This document shows, piece by piece, positions 18,183 through 30,800 of a DNA stretch of 64,000 nucleotides. The DNA lies in assembly GCA_045649345.1 (NCBI GenBank), contig JAZRPS010000018.1, positions 2,280 through 66,279 on the forward strand, read 5' to 3'. The number at the start of each line of letters is the position of its first letter. Within the stretch, counting starts at the first letter, position 1. Both the position numbers and the translations under genes were made by a program. This DNA is from Candidatus Enterousia sp. Its GTDB lineage: Bacteria; Pseudomonadota; Alphaproteobacteria; Rs-D84. The notes beneath the pieces are model-generated. The model did not search any database, had not been told where the DNA came from, and worked only from the letters and a program-made list of their open reading frames with translations.

Positions 18183-21100
18183 TTATTGTATCTCCACACG
18201 AACGCCCAAGGCCGTTAAATCCGCAACAGTTGTTGCACCTAATTCAACACCCCCAGGCAATGCCACCTTAACCGTTTTATCTGCGCCATGCAGATTTAAA
18301 ATCACTTTTGTAAATCCACGGGGCAGGGCAATCAAAGCCTTTTTTACATCTTGCAATACCGCCTGATCACGAATATCCATTGTCACTTGTTTCGCGATTT
18401 TTGCAACCCACTCAGTCAACGGTGTAATAGAATCAACAAATATTGAAACCCTGTCATCACGATTTGACACCTTGCCCGAAATCAGCACAACATTTTCTGT
18501 ACTTAATATCTGCGAAAATTCAATTGCCATATCGCCAAATGCGACCGCATCAATGTTTCCAAAACTATCTGACGCATTAATCGTAATCATTTCTTTACCA
18601 GTTTTTGTACGACGACGCCCAAACGAATTTACGTTTGCCGCAATTTGCACAGGCTTTCTGTCGCCCATGGTTTCCAGGCTTGCACTGGTGGCCAGTTTAG
18701 CCCGTTCAATCAAGTGCTTATATTGATCCAACGGATGTGCAGAAATATAAAATCCCAACGCAGATAATTCATTTTCCAAACGTTGACCAAATGTCCACGG
18801 TTCTGTTTTCGGCAAATTCTTGCGCAATCTATCTTCTGGGACATCGTCTTCGACCGTATTTGCAAACAACGACAACATATTTGCCCCATCACGCGCCTTG
18901 GATGCATACGTCAATATTGCATCAGCATTCATGTAAATCAATGCACGATTTGGTTCCAAAGAATCCAACACGCCTGTTTTTGCGAATGCCTCTAAGACAC
19001 GCTTGTTCATAAATGGCGCGCAACGTTTTGCAAAATCTGTTAAATTCTTAAACTTTCCACCTGTATTTCTTTCCGCAACAATTGCATCTGTGACGGCTGT
19101 ACCGACCCCCTTTAACGCCGCAAAGGCATAAATAATCTTGCCATCACGAACAGTAAACAAAGATTCACTTTGATTAATATCAGGCGCAATAATCTGAATA
19201 CCGAAATTCGTCTTGGCATCATCAACGAATATAGCCAACTGATCTGTGTCGTTCAAATTACTGGACATTGATGCAGCCAAAAATTCTGGTGTATAGTTTG
19301 CCTTTAAATACGCACACTGATTTGCAACAATAGAATACGCAATCGCATGCGATTTATTAAATGCATACTTTGCAAAGTCCTTAAACTTTTCCCACAGGTC
19401 TTTGGCCGTATCTCTATCCAGGGTTCCTTCTTTCTCGCACCCCTCATAAAATTTACCTTCCAGTTCATCCAACATGGCGATAATCTTTTTACCCATCGCC
19501 TTGCGTACGTTATCAGATTGTCCACGCGTAAACCCTGCCAAGGCACGCGTCAATTGCATAACCTGTTCCTGGTACACGATAATGCCATATGTTTCTTTTA
19601 AAATAGGTTCTGCCTTTGGATGAACATATTCAATTGATTCTTCGCCATGCATACGCGCAATAAATTGCGGAATAAACGCGATTGGTCCTGGGCGATTTAA
19701 GGCATTTAGCGCAGAAATTTCCAAGAAACTTGTTGGGTGCATTTTACGCAAAGTCTGTTGAACGAACGGGGCATCGAATTGGAATATACCTTCGGTTAAT
19801 CCCTGTTGCCATAACTTCATTGTCTTTGGGTCATCAGTTGGAATCTGATCCAAGTCAATATTAACACCACGCGTCTGCTGTATCAAGCGCGTCGCATATT
19901 TCAACACGACCAACGTTTCCAACCCCAAAAAGTCAAACTTAATCAGTCCCGATTTTTCCAAATATTTTCCATCATACTGGCATGACGGCAACGGGTTCGC
20001 AGGATCACGATACACCGGCGCAATTTTTGTTGTTGGTCTGTCCCCAATAACAACACCACACGCATGCTGTCCCAAGTTTCTTAACGACCCCTCCAATTCT
20101 TCTGCGATTATCACGACCTTGTTTAAATCTTGGTCATTATTCAAAACATCTTGAATCTCAGTTGACATATCAACCGCATCTTTTAATGTCTTTGCATCTT
20201 GTGGAATCAGTTTTGACAATCTGTCTGACTTAGAATAGGGCATACCATACACACGTCCAATATCACGAATGGCACCACGTGCCTGTAATGAACCAAACGT
20301 AATAATTCGACACACGGAATCGTGTCCATATTTATCACAAACGTATGCCAACACGCGTTCAATTCCTGTTGGTTCAAAGTCCACATCAAAGTCCGGCATA
20401 GAAATACGATCCGGATTCAAGAAACGCTCAAACAACAAACCGTATTTTAACGGATCAACATTTGTAATCCCCAACGCCCACGCCACAATGGAACCTGCAC
20501 CCGACCCACGCCCAGGACCGGTCAAAACATCATTATTTCTGCACCAATCGATATAGTCTGCCACAATCAAGAAATACCCAGGGAATCCCATACCAATAAT
20601 AACCCCCAGTTCGAATTCAGCCTGTTCATAATATGGCGCAGTATCTGTAATACCATTTTGTTCCAGCCGGCGTTTTAAACCACTCATCGTATTATCGCGC
20701 AACATCTGACATTCTGTTTCCAAATCATCACCAAAACGTGGCAACAATGGTTTTTCATGAACATTAACCATAAAACCACAACGTTGCGCAATTGCAAAAG
20801 TATTCTCTATTGCCTCTGGCAGGTCAGAAAATATTTCTGCCATCTGTTCTGACGACTTAAAATATTGTTCAGATGATTTGCGTGGTCGCTCTGGGTCAAT
20901 AACCTTGGTCTGTCCCAAAACGCACCCCAACGCATCAGCAGATTCATAATCTTTATTTGACGCAAAACAAACATCATTTGTTGCGACTATTGGAATATTT
21001 AATTCCTGTGCAATTTTCAAAAACACTGGCTCTGTCTTTATTTCATCAGCCAATCCATGTCGTTGGATTTCGACATAAAATCTATCACCAAAAATATCTA

Positions 21101-21590
21101 ATAAACGTTTAGCATATGTATGCGCCAAATCGTCTTGACCATTTAATATCGCCATACCAACTGGTCCCAAATGCGCGCCCGACAAACAAATTAAACCATC
21201 ACTGTGTGACCCCAATTCGTCAAAAGACACTTGCGGTCCCAAATGATGATTTTCACCACGCATATACATTATTCTGTTTAATTCGCACAGGTTTAAATAT
21301 CCGTTGTGATTTTGCGCCAACAATACGATTTTAGACATTGAATTTGCCCGCAAAATTTTCGGATCGGCACTATGATGATTCAGCGATATCTCAATGCCAA
21401 TAATCGGCTGAACTTTATTTTTGGGCATAACATCAGAAAATTCTGCACACCCAGACATCAAATTAGTATCAGTCAACGCACACGCCGACATACCATGTTC
21501 TAAACACAGCGCCGGAATTTTTTTTATTGTTAATGTACTGGCACCAACAGAAAAACGCGAATGTGTACGCAGATGAATAAATTCTTGCAT
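18183..21590 (-). CDS. dnaE: DNA polymerase III alpha subunit
   Basis: 1135 aa. PHP N-terminus FIHLRTHSRFS. PDFDVDF catalytic motif. Confidence 0.97.
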   Translation of the reverse strand: MQEFIHLRTHSRFSVGASTLTIKKIPALCLEHGMSACALTDTNLMSGCAEFSDVMPKNKVQPIIGIEISLNHHSADPKILRANSMSKIVLLAQNHNGYLNLCELNRIMYMRGENHHLGPQVSFDELGSHSDGLICLSGAHLGPVGMAILNGQDDLAHTYAKRLLDIFGDRFYVEIQRHGLADEIKTEPVFLKIAQELNIPIVATNDVCFASNKDYESADALGCVLGQTKVIDPERPRKSSEQYFKSSEQMAEIFSDLPEAIENTFAIAQRCGFMVNVHEKPLLPRFGDDLETECQMLRDNTMSGLKRRLEQNGITDTAPYYEQAEFELGVIIGMGFPGYFLIVADYIDWCRNNDVLTGPGRGSGAGSIVAWALGITNVDPLKYGLLFERFLNPDRISMPDFDVDFEPTGIERVLAYVCDKYGHDSVCRIITFGSLQARGAIRDIGRVYGMPYSKSDRLSKLIPQDAKTLKDAVDMSTEIQDVLNNDQDLNKVVIIAEELEGSLRNLGQHACGVVIGDRPTTKIAPVYRDPANPLPSCQYDGKYLEKSGLIKFDFLGLETLVVLKYATRLIQQTRGVNIDLDQIPTDDPKTMKLWQQGLTEGIFQFDAPFVQQTLRKMHPTSFLEISALNALNRPGPIAFIPQFIARMHGEESIEYVHPKAEPILKETYGIIVYQEQVMQLTRALAGFTRGQSDNVRKAMGKKIIAMLDELEGKFYEGCEKEGTLDRDTAKDLWEKFKDFAKYAFNKSHAIAYSIVANQCAYLKANYTPEFLAASMSSNLNDTDQLAIFVDDAKTNFGIQIIAPDINQSESLFTVRDGKIIYAFAALKGVGTAVTDAIVAERNTGGKFKNLTDFAKRCAPFMNKRVLEAFAKTGVLDSLEPNRALIYMNADAILTYASKARDGANMLSLFANTVEDDVPEDRLRKNLPKTEPWTFGQRLENELSALGFYISAHPLDQYKHLIERAKLATSASLETMGDRKPVQIAANVNSFGRRRTKTGKEMITINASDSFGNIDAVAFGDMAIEFSQILSTENVVLISGKVSNRDDRVSIFVDSITPLTEWVAKIAKQVTMDIRDQAVLQDVKKALIALPRGFTKVILNLHGADKTVKVALPGGVELGATTVADLTALGVRVEIQ

Positions 21591-21652
21591 AACCCCTTCC
21601 TTTTAGCATGCAAAAAGAACAAATAGATACAGATAAATTGCACTATTTAGTT

Positions 21653-24265
21653 TTAGTGCAATTTACCACAACAATGCTTAAACTTTTTACCAGAACCACA
21701 TGGACATGGTGCATTGCGACGACTATCCATACCGGCGGCCTGATTTAAACCTGCGTCATGTTTTGCACGTTCTGCCTCGGTCGCGGCAACATCTTCGCGC
21801 GTTAATTCCATACGACTGATATAAGATACAGACATTATCTTGAAATTATTAATCGTATTTTTAAATATATCTAACGCTTCGCGCTTATATTCATACAGTG
21901 GATTTTTCTGGGCATATCCACGCAAGCCAATCGCGCTTTGCAGATAATCCATCTGTTGCAAATGTTTTTTCCACACCGCGTCCAACGCACCCAACATCAT
22001 CTGACGCGATGCCATTTGCATTAAATCTGGACCATATTTTGTTGCCTGATGTTCATATCTGCGCATTGCCAAGTTGAACAGAGTTTCATACGCCTTGCGC
22101 TCTGTAATTTGTTCATCTGTTTTCCACTTTTCAATATCCGTAATATCCAGCGCGAACACACGCAACATCGCATTATGAATTCCATTCAGATTCCAATCCG
22201 CAGACGTACCCTTTTCTGGAATGTTATTTTCGCAAATCAGTTCAACAACATCACCAATCATTTCTGACGCCAGACCAGACAAATCTTCGGACGTCATCAA
22301 ATCATCACGTTGCTTATAAACGACTGTACGCTGTTCATTTGCAACATCATCATATTTTAACAATTCCTTACGCGCTTCGAAATAGCGTGCCTCTACACGT
22401 TTTTGCGCTTTTTCCAAGGCTTTGGTAATCCACGGATGTGTAATTGCCTCACCTGTTTTCAAACCCAAAGTCGACAACATACCCTGCAAACGTGCCGCAC
22501 CAAAGATACGCATTAAGTCGTCATCTAACGCCAAAAAGAACTTTGAATCACCTGGGTCACCCTGACGTCCAGAACGACCACGCAACTGATTGTCGATACG
22601 ACGCGATTCGTGTCTTTCGGTACCAATTACGTACAACCCACCGGCATCCAAGACTTGTTTTTTGTTTGCCTCAATCGTTGCATAGATTTCTTTTTTCTTT
22701 TCTTCGTAATCTGGCGCGTCTACATCTAATTTTGCAATCAGTTCTTCTGCATTACCGCCCAGTTTAATATCGGTACCACGCCCCGCCATATTCGTTGCAA
22801 TTGTGACCGCCCCCGGCGCGCCAGCCTGGGCAACAATTTTCGCCTCAGACTCATGCTGTTTTGCATTCAAGACCGCCGGATTAACACCCAGCTTCTTACG
22901 TACAATTTCTGCCAATTCTTCTGATTTTTCAATCGACACCGTACCAACCAGTACCGGCTGTTTACGGGTCATACAATCTGCAATTTGTTTCAATATTGCG
23001 TCATATTTTTCATCCTTATTACGATAAATTTCATCGTGATGATCAACACGTGCAACCGGACGATTTGTTGGAATCGACACGACGCGCAATTTATAGATTT
23101 CTTCGAATTCTGCTGCCTCTGTCATCGCAGTACCTGTCATACCAGACAACGTTGGATATAAACGAAACAAATTCTGATATGAAATACTGGACACAGTTTG
23201 ATTTTCCGGCTGAACACGCACATGTTCTTTGGCTTCTATCGCTTGGTGCAAACCTTTACCAAAACGACGTCCGGTCATAACACGTCCTGTAAATTCATCA
23301 ACAATTAAAATTTCACCATTACGCACAACATAGTTCACATTTTTCTGGAACAAATGGTGTGCCAACAAGGCCTGTTGAATATGCATCACCAGCGCTGCAT
23401 TATCAGATGCATATAAATTATCGCCCACCAACAGTCCTGCTTCTTTTAACAAACGCGTTGCGGTATCCGCACCACTTTCGGTCAACGTCACATGTCTATC
23501 TTTTTCATCTTTTTTGAAATCAGATTCTGTAAACTGTGCAACAACCGCATCAACCTGGGCGTACAGTTCACTGGTATCTTCGGCTGGTCCAGATATAATC
23601 AGCGGCGTACGTGCCTCGTCAATCAAGATGCTATCAACTTCGTCAACAATTGCATAAAAGAACGGGCGTAGAACCTGTTGTTTTTTTGTAAACTTCATAT
23701 TATCGCGCAGATAATCAAACCCCAGTTCAGAATTAGTCACATATGTAATATCGCACGCATATGCAGCACGTCTTTCTTCGTCCGTCATATCATGCTGAAT
23801 AATACCAACCGTCAGCCCCAAGAAACGATAGATTTCACCCATCCATTCTGCGTCACGCGATGCCAAATAGTCATTTACCGTAATCAAGTGCGCACCTTTG
23901 CCATGCAACGCCTTTAAATACATTGCCAGCGTTGCAACCAGTGTTTTACCTTCACCGGTTTTCATTTCTGCGATTTGTCCATTGGTCAGAACCATACCAC
24001 CAATCATTTGCACATTAAAATGACGCAATCCGATTGTACGAACCGATGCCTCGCGTACCAGGGCGAATGCATCTGGCAAAATATCTTTTTCTTTTTCACC
24101 ATTTGCCAATCTCTCGCGCAGGCTAACTGTCTGTGCGCGCAATTCATCATCCGTCATTGCGTGATATTTAGGCTCTAAATCATTAATCAAAGACACCGTC
24201 TTATCATAACTTTTAACAATTCTGTCGTTGGCAGACCCCAATAATTTACTAAAAATGTTTTTCAT
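21653..24265 (-). CDS. secA: preprotein translocase ATPase SecA
   Basis: 870 aa. MKTGEGKTLVA Walker A. C-terminal zinc motif CPCGSGKKFKHCCG. Confidence 0.97.
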   Translation of the reverse strand: MKNIFSKLLGSANDRIVKSYDKTVSLINDLEPKYHAMTDDELRAQTVSLRERLANGEKEKDILPDAFALVREASVRTIGLRHFNVQMIGGMVLTNGQIAEMKTGEGKTLVATLAMYLKALHGKGAHLITVNDYLASRDAEWMGEIYRFLGLTVGIIQHDMTDEERRAAYACDITYVTNSELGFDYLRDNMKFTKKQQVLRPFFYAIVDEVDSILIDEARTPLIISGPAEDTSELYAQVDAVVAQFTESDFKKDEKDRHVTLTESGADTATRLLKEAGLLVGDNLYASDNAALVMHIQQALLAHHLFQKNVNYVVRNGEILIVDEFTGRVMTGRRFGKGLHQAIEAKEHVRVQPENQTVSSISYQNLFRLYPTLSGMTGTAMTEAAEFEEIYKLRVVSIPTNRPVARVDHHDEIYRNKDEKYDAILKQIADCMTRKQPVLVGTVSIEKSEELAEIVRKKLGVNPAVLNAKQHESEAKIVAQAGAPGAVTIATNMAGRGTDIKLGGNAEELIAKLDVDAPDYEEKKKEIYATIEANKKQVLDAGGLYVIGTERHESRRIDNQLRGRSGRQGDPGDSKFFLALDDDLMRIFGAARLQGMLSTLGLKTGEAITHPWITKALEKAQKRVEARYFEARKELLKYDDVANEQRTVVYKQRDDLMTSEDLSGLASEMIGDVVELICENNIPEKGTSADWNLNGIHNAMLRVFALDITDIEKWKTDEQITERKAYETLFNLAMRRYEHQATKYGPDLMQMASRQMMLGALDAVWKKHLQQMDYLQSAIGLRGYAQKNPLYEYKREALDIFKNTINNFKIMSVSYISRMELTREDVAATEAERAKHDAGLNQAAGMDSRRNAPCPCGSGKKFKHCCGKLH

Positions 24266-24312
24266 AATATATCTTCCTTATTTTCTCACGAAATATATAG
24301 CAATTTTGCGAC

Positions 24313-24340
24313 TTGCGGTCAAGATACTTTATGATATAAT
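24313..24340 (+). promoter_or_regulatory. putative promoter TTGCGG-N16-(TGa)TATAAT
   Basis: Read directly. The extended -10 14-mer tttatgatataatg is shared with the pfk promoter. Confidence 0.45.
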
Positions 24341-24412
24341 GCACTTAACAACGACAAACAAGTCAAAAATCGAATATTTTAAAAAAAATCACGGAATAGG
24401 GGGGATAAAAAC

Positions 24413-24625
24413 ATGCATGAACCAGTACAAAAATTAAATCCAGAATCAATAACCAGCGACATTTACGTCATTGCCCCGACCCAGATTGAATACATTGCAC
24501 GCCTGTTTGGCAACACGGTTGCGGACACAATGAACATGCGCACATTTGCCCCAAAAATCCGCCAGATTGCGGAACAGGCCTTGCGTCACGCCTTAGGCAA
24601 CGCACGCAAAATGGGCGAAAAATAA
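24413..24625 (+). CDS. small hypothetical protein (70 aa)
   Basis: ATG preceded by aggggggataaaaac and by the promoter above. No recognisable domain. Confidence 0.55.
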   Translation: MHEPVQKLNPESITSDIYVIAPTQIEYIARLFGNTVADTMNMRTFAPKIRQIAEQALRHALGNARKMGEK

Positions 24626-24650
24626 GCCAATTCCAACACCAAAACTTTTT

Positions 24651-24787
24651 GAGTTTTGTCATTCCTGCGTAGGCAGGAACAGGGTCTATAAAATTTACAT
24701 TCATCACTATTTTATAATTTCTATGGTTCGCGTTGCTCACGCTGTATAGCCCCACTCCTGCTATCGCTGGGTGACAAGAACATAAAC
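24651..24787. repeat. REP/MITE-like hairpin repeat, second locus
   Basis: gagttttgtcattcc + ttcctgc-gtag-gcaggaa (24662..24679), then cccactcctgc (24751..24761). Same order and flanks as 12941..13030, also in a convergent gap. Confidence 0.7.
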
Positions 24788-24811
24788 AAAATCCCCCAAA
24801 CGGGGGATTTT
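24788..24811. terminator. bidirectional terminator AAAATCCCCC-aaac-GGGGGATTTT
   Basis: Its core is identical to the copies at 49432 and 63555. It lies directly after the giant gene's stop. Confidence 0.8.
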
Positions 24812-24813
24812 CC

Positions 24814-27800
24814 TTATTCAACGGCATAATATTTAGTTCCGCCAACATTCACACGCAACGAACCGCTTGGTGCGTTTCCTGTATCTTGTTCCAAACGCCC
24901 ATAACAAGCCGTCTGACCACCATCCAAGCTGACCCCAATTGCACGCGCCCAACCGGCACCCTTGGATGAATACAGCGGTATCGACAGACCTGTGCTGGAC
25001 TTAATATAATTCATACCCGGCACAGTACACATCTGACCACACATTGGATTGCCATTTGCATCAACGGTCTGATTATACCCATCATTACATTCCCATGGGC
25101 AGTCAAGCCCCCCATTCCAACCAACCGTTGTATAAACCGCATTTTCTGGTGCGTTTGTACACGCCGGACACGTCGTTGTTTTGCCATAATATACAATACT
25201 TGCTTCCCAATATGTACCTGCGGCACATTGTTTCTGTTCCTCCGAATACGGTGTATCAATATAATAACCTTCCTCTAACACACCATAACACTCGCTTTCG
25301 TCATCTGCCCCCCTATAAGATCCTGAATAGAAACCATTTTCTGTCAGTGCCGCGCAACTATAAAACCCACCATTCGAACCATAATTAACATTGACTCCAC
25401 CTGGGCAATAAGCCCCCCCTGGGCACGCCTCTGGATACTCTGTAGAGTATACAGCCTCGCCCGGTTTTGTTGTCAGATAGCACTGCGTTGCTTGCGATGA
25501 ACCGACCGGACTATACGGATAATATCCTGTTTCCTCTTGTACAATCAACGATGAACAACTGTTTATCCCCATTTCTTCCAAATATTCACCAGACGAACAC
25601 TTTGGTATCAGGGAATTACTTGCATACCCTGGGCAATACGAACCCTCTGGACACTGAACCGCAGTACGATAATACATATAAGTACCACCATTCTTGCAAT
25701 ACCAATCAGAATACCGTGTCTTGAAATAGAACCCTGGATTCAGTGTTGCATAATACTGATCACCACCTATATCATAATCACCAGTATTTTCATTAAAACG
25801 TACACTTTCGATATTTGTATCACCTGCTGCATTCGTTATAAAATACTGTGCACGACATAAACCGATACTACCAAGCCCCTTGGTCCATAACTGTTGCTTA
25901 AAGTCACGAACATTTATCATATTCGCATTATCTGGCGCATGACCATCTTGCCACACCGGATACCAAGACGCAGGAAATGTTGTCATTCTGGTATCATCAT
26001 TCGCCGCAGGACAGGCATTGTTTCCTCCAGTTGCCCCCCAATAAATATCCGTCGCAGGACAATAATAACCACCTGGACACGTCACCGGTGCTGCATTTGG
26101 TTCTGCCACATATGTACCGGCCGTTGTTGTCAGATAGCACTGATTTTGTGCCGTTGCACGTGCCGGCGACGCACCATAGTTTGTCGGACATATTTCCATA
26201 CCAAATGTCGACGTATGCACCGTTGCCTGATTTGACGAATCACATGCCACCTTGTCTTTACCTGGGCAATACTGACCAGATTCACATTCGTTCAGCACAT
26301 GATAATACGCATACGCACCACATGCCACCGGACTGCTTAGATAATAACCTGGTTGTACACTCATATACCCCCACGCAGTTGTATTACTATATTCGCCGTT
26401 TTCTTCATCACCAACATACATTGCGTATTCATACAATGATGCCTTACCACCTTGGTCAACTGGCTTTGCCGTATACCAGCTTAGCACCTGGCAACCGGTA
26501 ATATCACCAACAAGCGTACGACTTGTCACACTTGTATTCGTCAATTCTTCCAACATATCCAGTGTCACTGTTGGCATAATCAAGTTGCTGTTTGTTGATG
26601 TAAACTGTGTCGTACGTCTATGCGTCCGGGCATCAGGACATGCCTTTCGTATACCGGTTTGTGCGGTACAATAATATCCACCATCACATCCTGCTTGCCC
26701 TGTACACGCAACGCCATCAGTACATTCTGCACCATTTTTGGTTGTATAATAACCCCAACTTACTGTATTACACGATGTTTGTGCGGTTAAATCCTGATAC
26801 TTATCTTGCCCACTGCATGCGATATATTCATACCCCAGCACATCCACAGACGTCTCACCATAACCAACCGAATGTGATGTTGGCTGATAATACCCCGGAT
26901 CTGTTGCGACATATTGTGTTGCGCCGGATTCTGCGACGTAATACCCACCTGGAACATCCATTAAACACTGACGAACAAGTTCTTTACCCAGTGCTGTATT
27001 ATCTAAATATGGATCTGGACACGGATAATTACCCCCATGTTCTGGCTGTTCATCAGAGCCACCATCAGAAACGAACGTATAAATCTTTTCATCACCTGGA
27101 CAGTAATCATCCGCTGGACACGGTGCGGCACCGGTGCCTTGCGCCGCCACATATTCGCCCGGTTTTAGTGTCACATAACACAGCCCCCATTCACTATTAC
27201 CAGGTGCCGATTCTGGATATTTCGGAGAACAATATTCAAACCCACCGGTCATATCCGAACCGCTTTGTTTACCATAATAGACCGTCGTCCCACCGATACA
27301 AAACTGCCCAGCCTGACACATAACCTGACCTGCGCCCTGTTCATAGACAGCATAACCACCAGACGTATTCAAATAACACAAATCCTTGCTTTCTGCGCCG
27401 ACATCAGAATAAACATACTTACCATTCGTACCCCATGCACATGTCGCCGCCCCCAAATCATCGCCATATGTAAACGATGTATAACCAAACTGTGTCCGCA
27501 CAGAATCTGCTGCACCACACTTCGGCATTGATTTCAATCCTGGGCAATAACTATTTTGTGGGCATTTTTCTGCAAATTGATAGTACATTCCATTTGCATT
27601 ACCGGTTGTGCAATATGTCGCAGTATACGGCGTATGTAAATAATACCCCGGATTTAATTGCGCATAATACGGTATCAAAGCCCTATCATCAGTATACTGT
27701 TCACTGTCGCTGTCATAATAAATACCTTCCAGCAGCATTGTACCCGCGTCATTTTGAATCGTATACGTCACACGACATTGATTAATTGATTGCAAATTCT

Positions 27801-30800
27801 TGCTCCATGTATTTAGCGTCACAACACTAACAACCGATGTATTCTTTCGTTCATCTGGCAACTTGGCAGAATCCACCCAATCAACGTTTTCCCGGGGGGC
27901 ATAGTTTTCATCTGCTGGATCTGGGCAAGCTTCCCGCCCACAATCCATGGTGGCACTAAAACTGCACGTTGCACCCGGACAGTACGAACCACCCGCCCCA
28001 CATTCTGCCGGCGTTAACGACCCAGCTGGCAGATAAGAACCCGCCGGAACCGTCACTGATACAGGCACGCATTTTTGTGTGGCATTTGTAATGGTTGCGG
28101 CACCATCTGACACCTGATACCCATAATTACATGTACAGTGCGTCTGATCCGCCGACGTGGTTGAATTCACCGGACATGTATAATACCCCAAATATTTATT
28201 TGTAACGCACCAAGTAATTGGATCGTTTTCTTTAGCCACTTCATCAATGGTCACAGTATACCCTGGACAAAAATAAGACATATCACCACCGGCGCAAGAC
28301 CCCACCGTATTAACAAAAGTGAAATCACACCCATCAATACTATCCCCCGGTTGCAATTTGAATGCACATTGACCGCGCGAACTGATTGCGCTTTGTGCAT
28401 CAACAAAGGAATCAGGACACTCTTCAACACCTGTCAAACCTGGACCTTGATATTTTATTTTGTCCCCGCCCGGGCAATAATAAGCTCCCACATCCATACC
28501 ATACAAGATTGCATCTCGCATTATTATTTCACTATCACATGCATCAACTGTCACAGATCCATTTGCCTGATCAACTGATACGGCATAACCTGGGGACAGA
28601 TTGATATAACACACATTTTCATCTTCCAACCCCATTGTATTGTCAGACGTGGCGCCTGGATCTGATGTAAAGTGTTCAGGACATGAATAAATCCCCCCGT
28701 CCTTAGATTCATTATATGTGACATTTTGAACCCCCGGACAATAAGAACCCGCTAGGCATATATCACATGTCGTCTTACCCATTGGCAAATATGTCCCAGC
28801 CTCGCAAGAGAACTTTTTCGCCGTGCGACATGCATATAATTTTTCCGGAACAGAATCACCGTCGTAAAAATAATAATCTGTCCCTGGGGTATACGTTGCA
28901 CGTTCGCAACCCGTATCTGTCCCCCATTGATTCGTAAAGTTATAAATAGAACTGGACAAAGATGTCGTTGCTGGGAACTTATTATCGCCCATGTCATAAT
29001 ACACCCTTTGTACCGCAGAATCCGTACCAGAAACACCATTAATCGTACCAGAACCGCCGTTTTTATCCAACACAATCTGGGCATAACAAGCGCCTTGACT
29101 GCCCGGTTCAGAATACACGAACCGATCCGACCCCAGGTCATCAGCACAGGTCATGGCAGAGGAAAGCACGACCTTTTGGGCGCCATAATAAAATCTGTCT
29201 GAGTAAAACGAATAATTCGCCGGCGATAAATCTGTGGTCAATCCAGCCACCCCATCATCAGTATAACCTAAGAAAATCAATCTGTATCCTGAATATGATT
29301 CGACATAACACTGTGTTTTTTGACTTGATGTATTGCTGGCACTGCCGATATTGAGGTGCGATTTATCTGTGGTGGTTTCAAAAGTAAACCAGTCAGAACA
29401 AGAATGGCGTCCAAAATCACCACCTGCGGTTGTACCACCGCCACCCGGGCAGTAATAGCCATAACCACACTTGTTATTACATGTTGTTTCGCCCTTTTTG
29501 GCATAGTATCCCGGCGCACATGTCACACCGTTTTCAATCCATTGCGCTGTAAACTCTATGGCATACGGGGATTCACACCCACCACCAACAATTGACACAT
29601 CGTCGCCCGGTTGAAAAACATTCCCCAGATACCCACCATCACAATCATCGCCGGTATTCATCCAACCTGCAAAGACATAGCCCGCTTTTGAACAAGATAT
29701 TTCCGGCAATATACACTCACCACTGTTTGCATAACATTCCATGGTCGGCAATTCACACCCCGAAACGCCGATATTAAAATCGACGGTCATATCAACACCC
29801 TTTTTTACCGCGTACAGGCGTGCCGGACAGCCTTCGTCACCAACCTTTATTGATGTCATCTGGTTCGGCACCTTTGCCAACGAATACGCTGAGTGTGGCA
29901 TCGGCTTGTCCGGCGACCAATAACCGGTAAAGGTCGCGTTTTCTGCACTCAATGTCGATGCCCGGGGCAGGGTAATTGTCACACCATAATTCAGTTTCCT
30001 TGTTGCGTTGTTGGTACCCGTCGCACCAAAAATCGTACCACTTAATCCATTTTTATCCAATACCGTCGTACAATAACATGATGATAGCGTACTGGCAGTG
30101 ATATCACTGGTAAAACCAGCTGGGCATTCTGTCGCGGTCGCACTGACTTGGCCATAATAAATCTTTTCATCGGCGCCATAGCCCCCCTCTGGATATTCAC
30201 CACCGGGACAATATGAACCCACCGGACAATCTTCGGGTTCTGCATATGGCGTCAAAACCGTAAATCCAGGAACCGCCAAACCAAAACATTGTTCGGGTTT
30301 TGACGCGCCCACGCCATCAGTGCCATAGTAAAAGCCAGCTGTGTTTGGCAAATAAACACATCTTGTACTTGGCAATGCGTCTGTATACGTTTCTCCATCT
30401 GTACAGGACATATTGCCCGTGTGATTGCAATAATAGTTGATGGGGCATTTTTGTACAGCCTTGTAATACCGCTGACCACCATAGCAAACACCATTGTTCG
30501 CCGGGGTTGTCAGCTGATACCCCGGGGTCACATAATAATATGCCCACGCAGAATCAGACGCACTGGTTTCTTCATATTTACCAGTTTCTTCGTTATAAGT
30601 CACATATTCATACAACCCGGCTGGCGCGCCATTCGGTTTCCAGAAAAATAACGCCTGGCAACCTGTTACGGCACTTTGTCCCGTACGTTGTGATAAACTG
30701 GAACTGCCCAATATCACGTTTGACAGACTAATCGTCACACCGGTTGAATTATTTGCGTTATACGCAGCTGGAAACGCCGCCGTACGAACCGCACTTTTCG

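Noticed and set aside
24468-24848. 126-aa minus-strand ORF spanning the small gene, the REP-like repeats and the terminator
   Set aside because: It runs through palindromic repeats and a terminator hairpin and is antisense to a better-supported small gene. This is a typical repeat-derived spurious ORF (contains ..PVPAYAGMT..).
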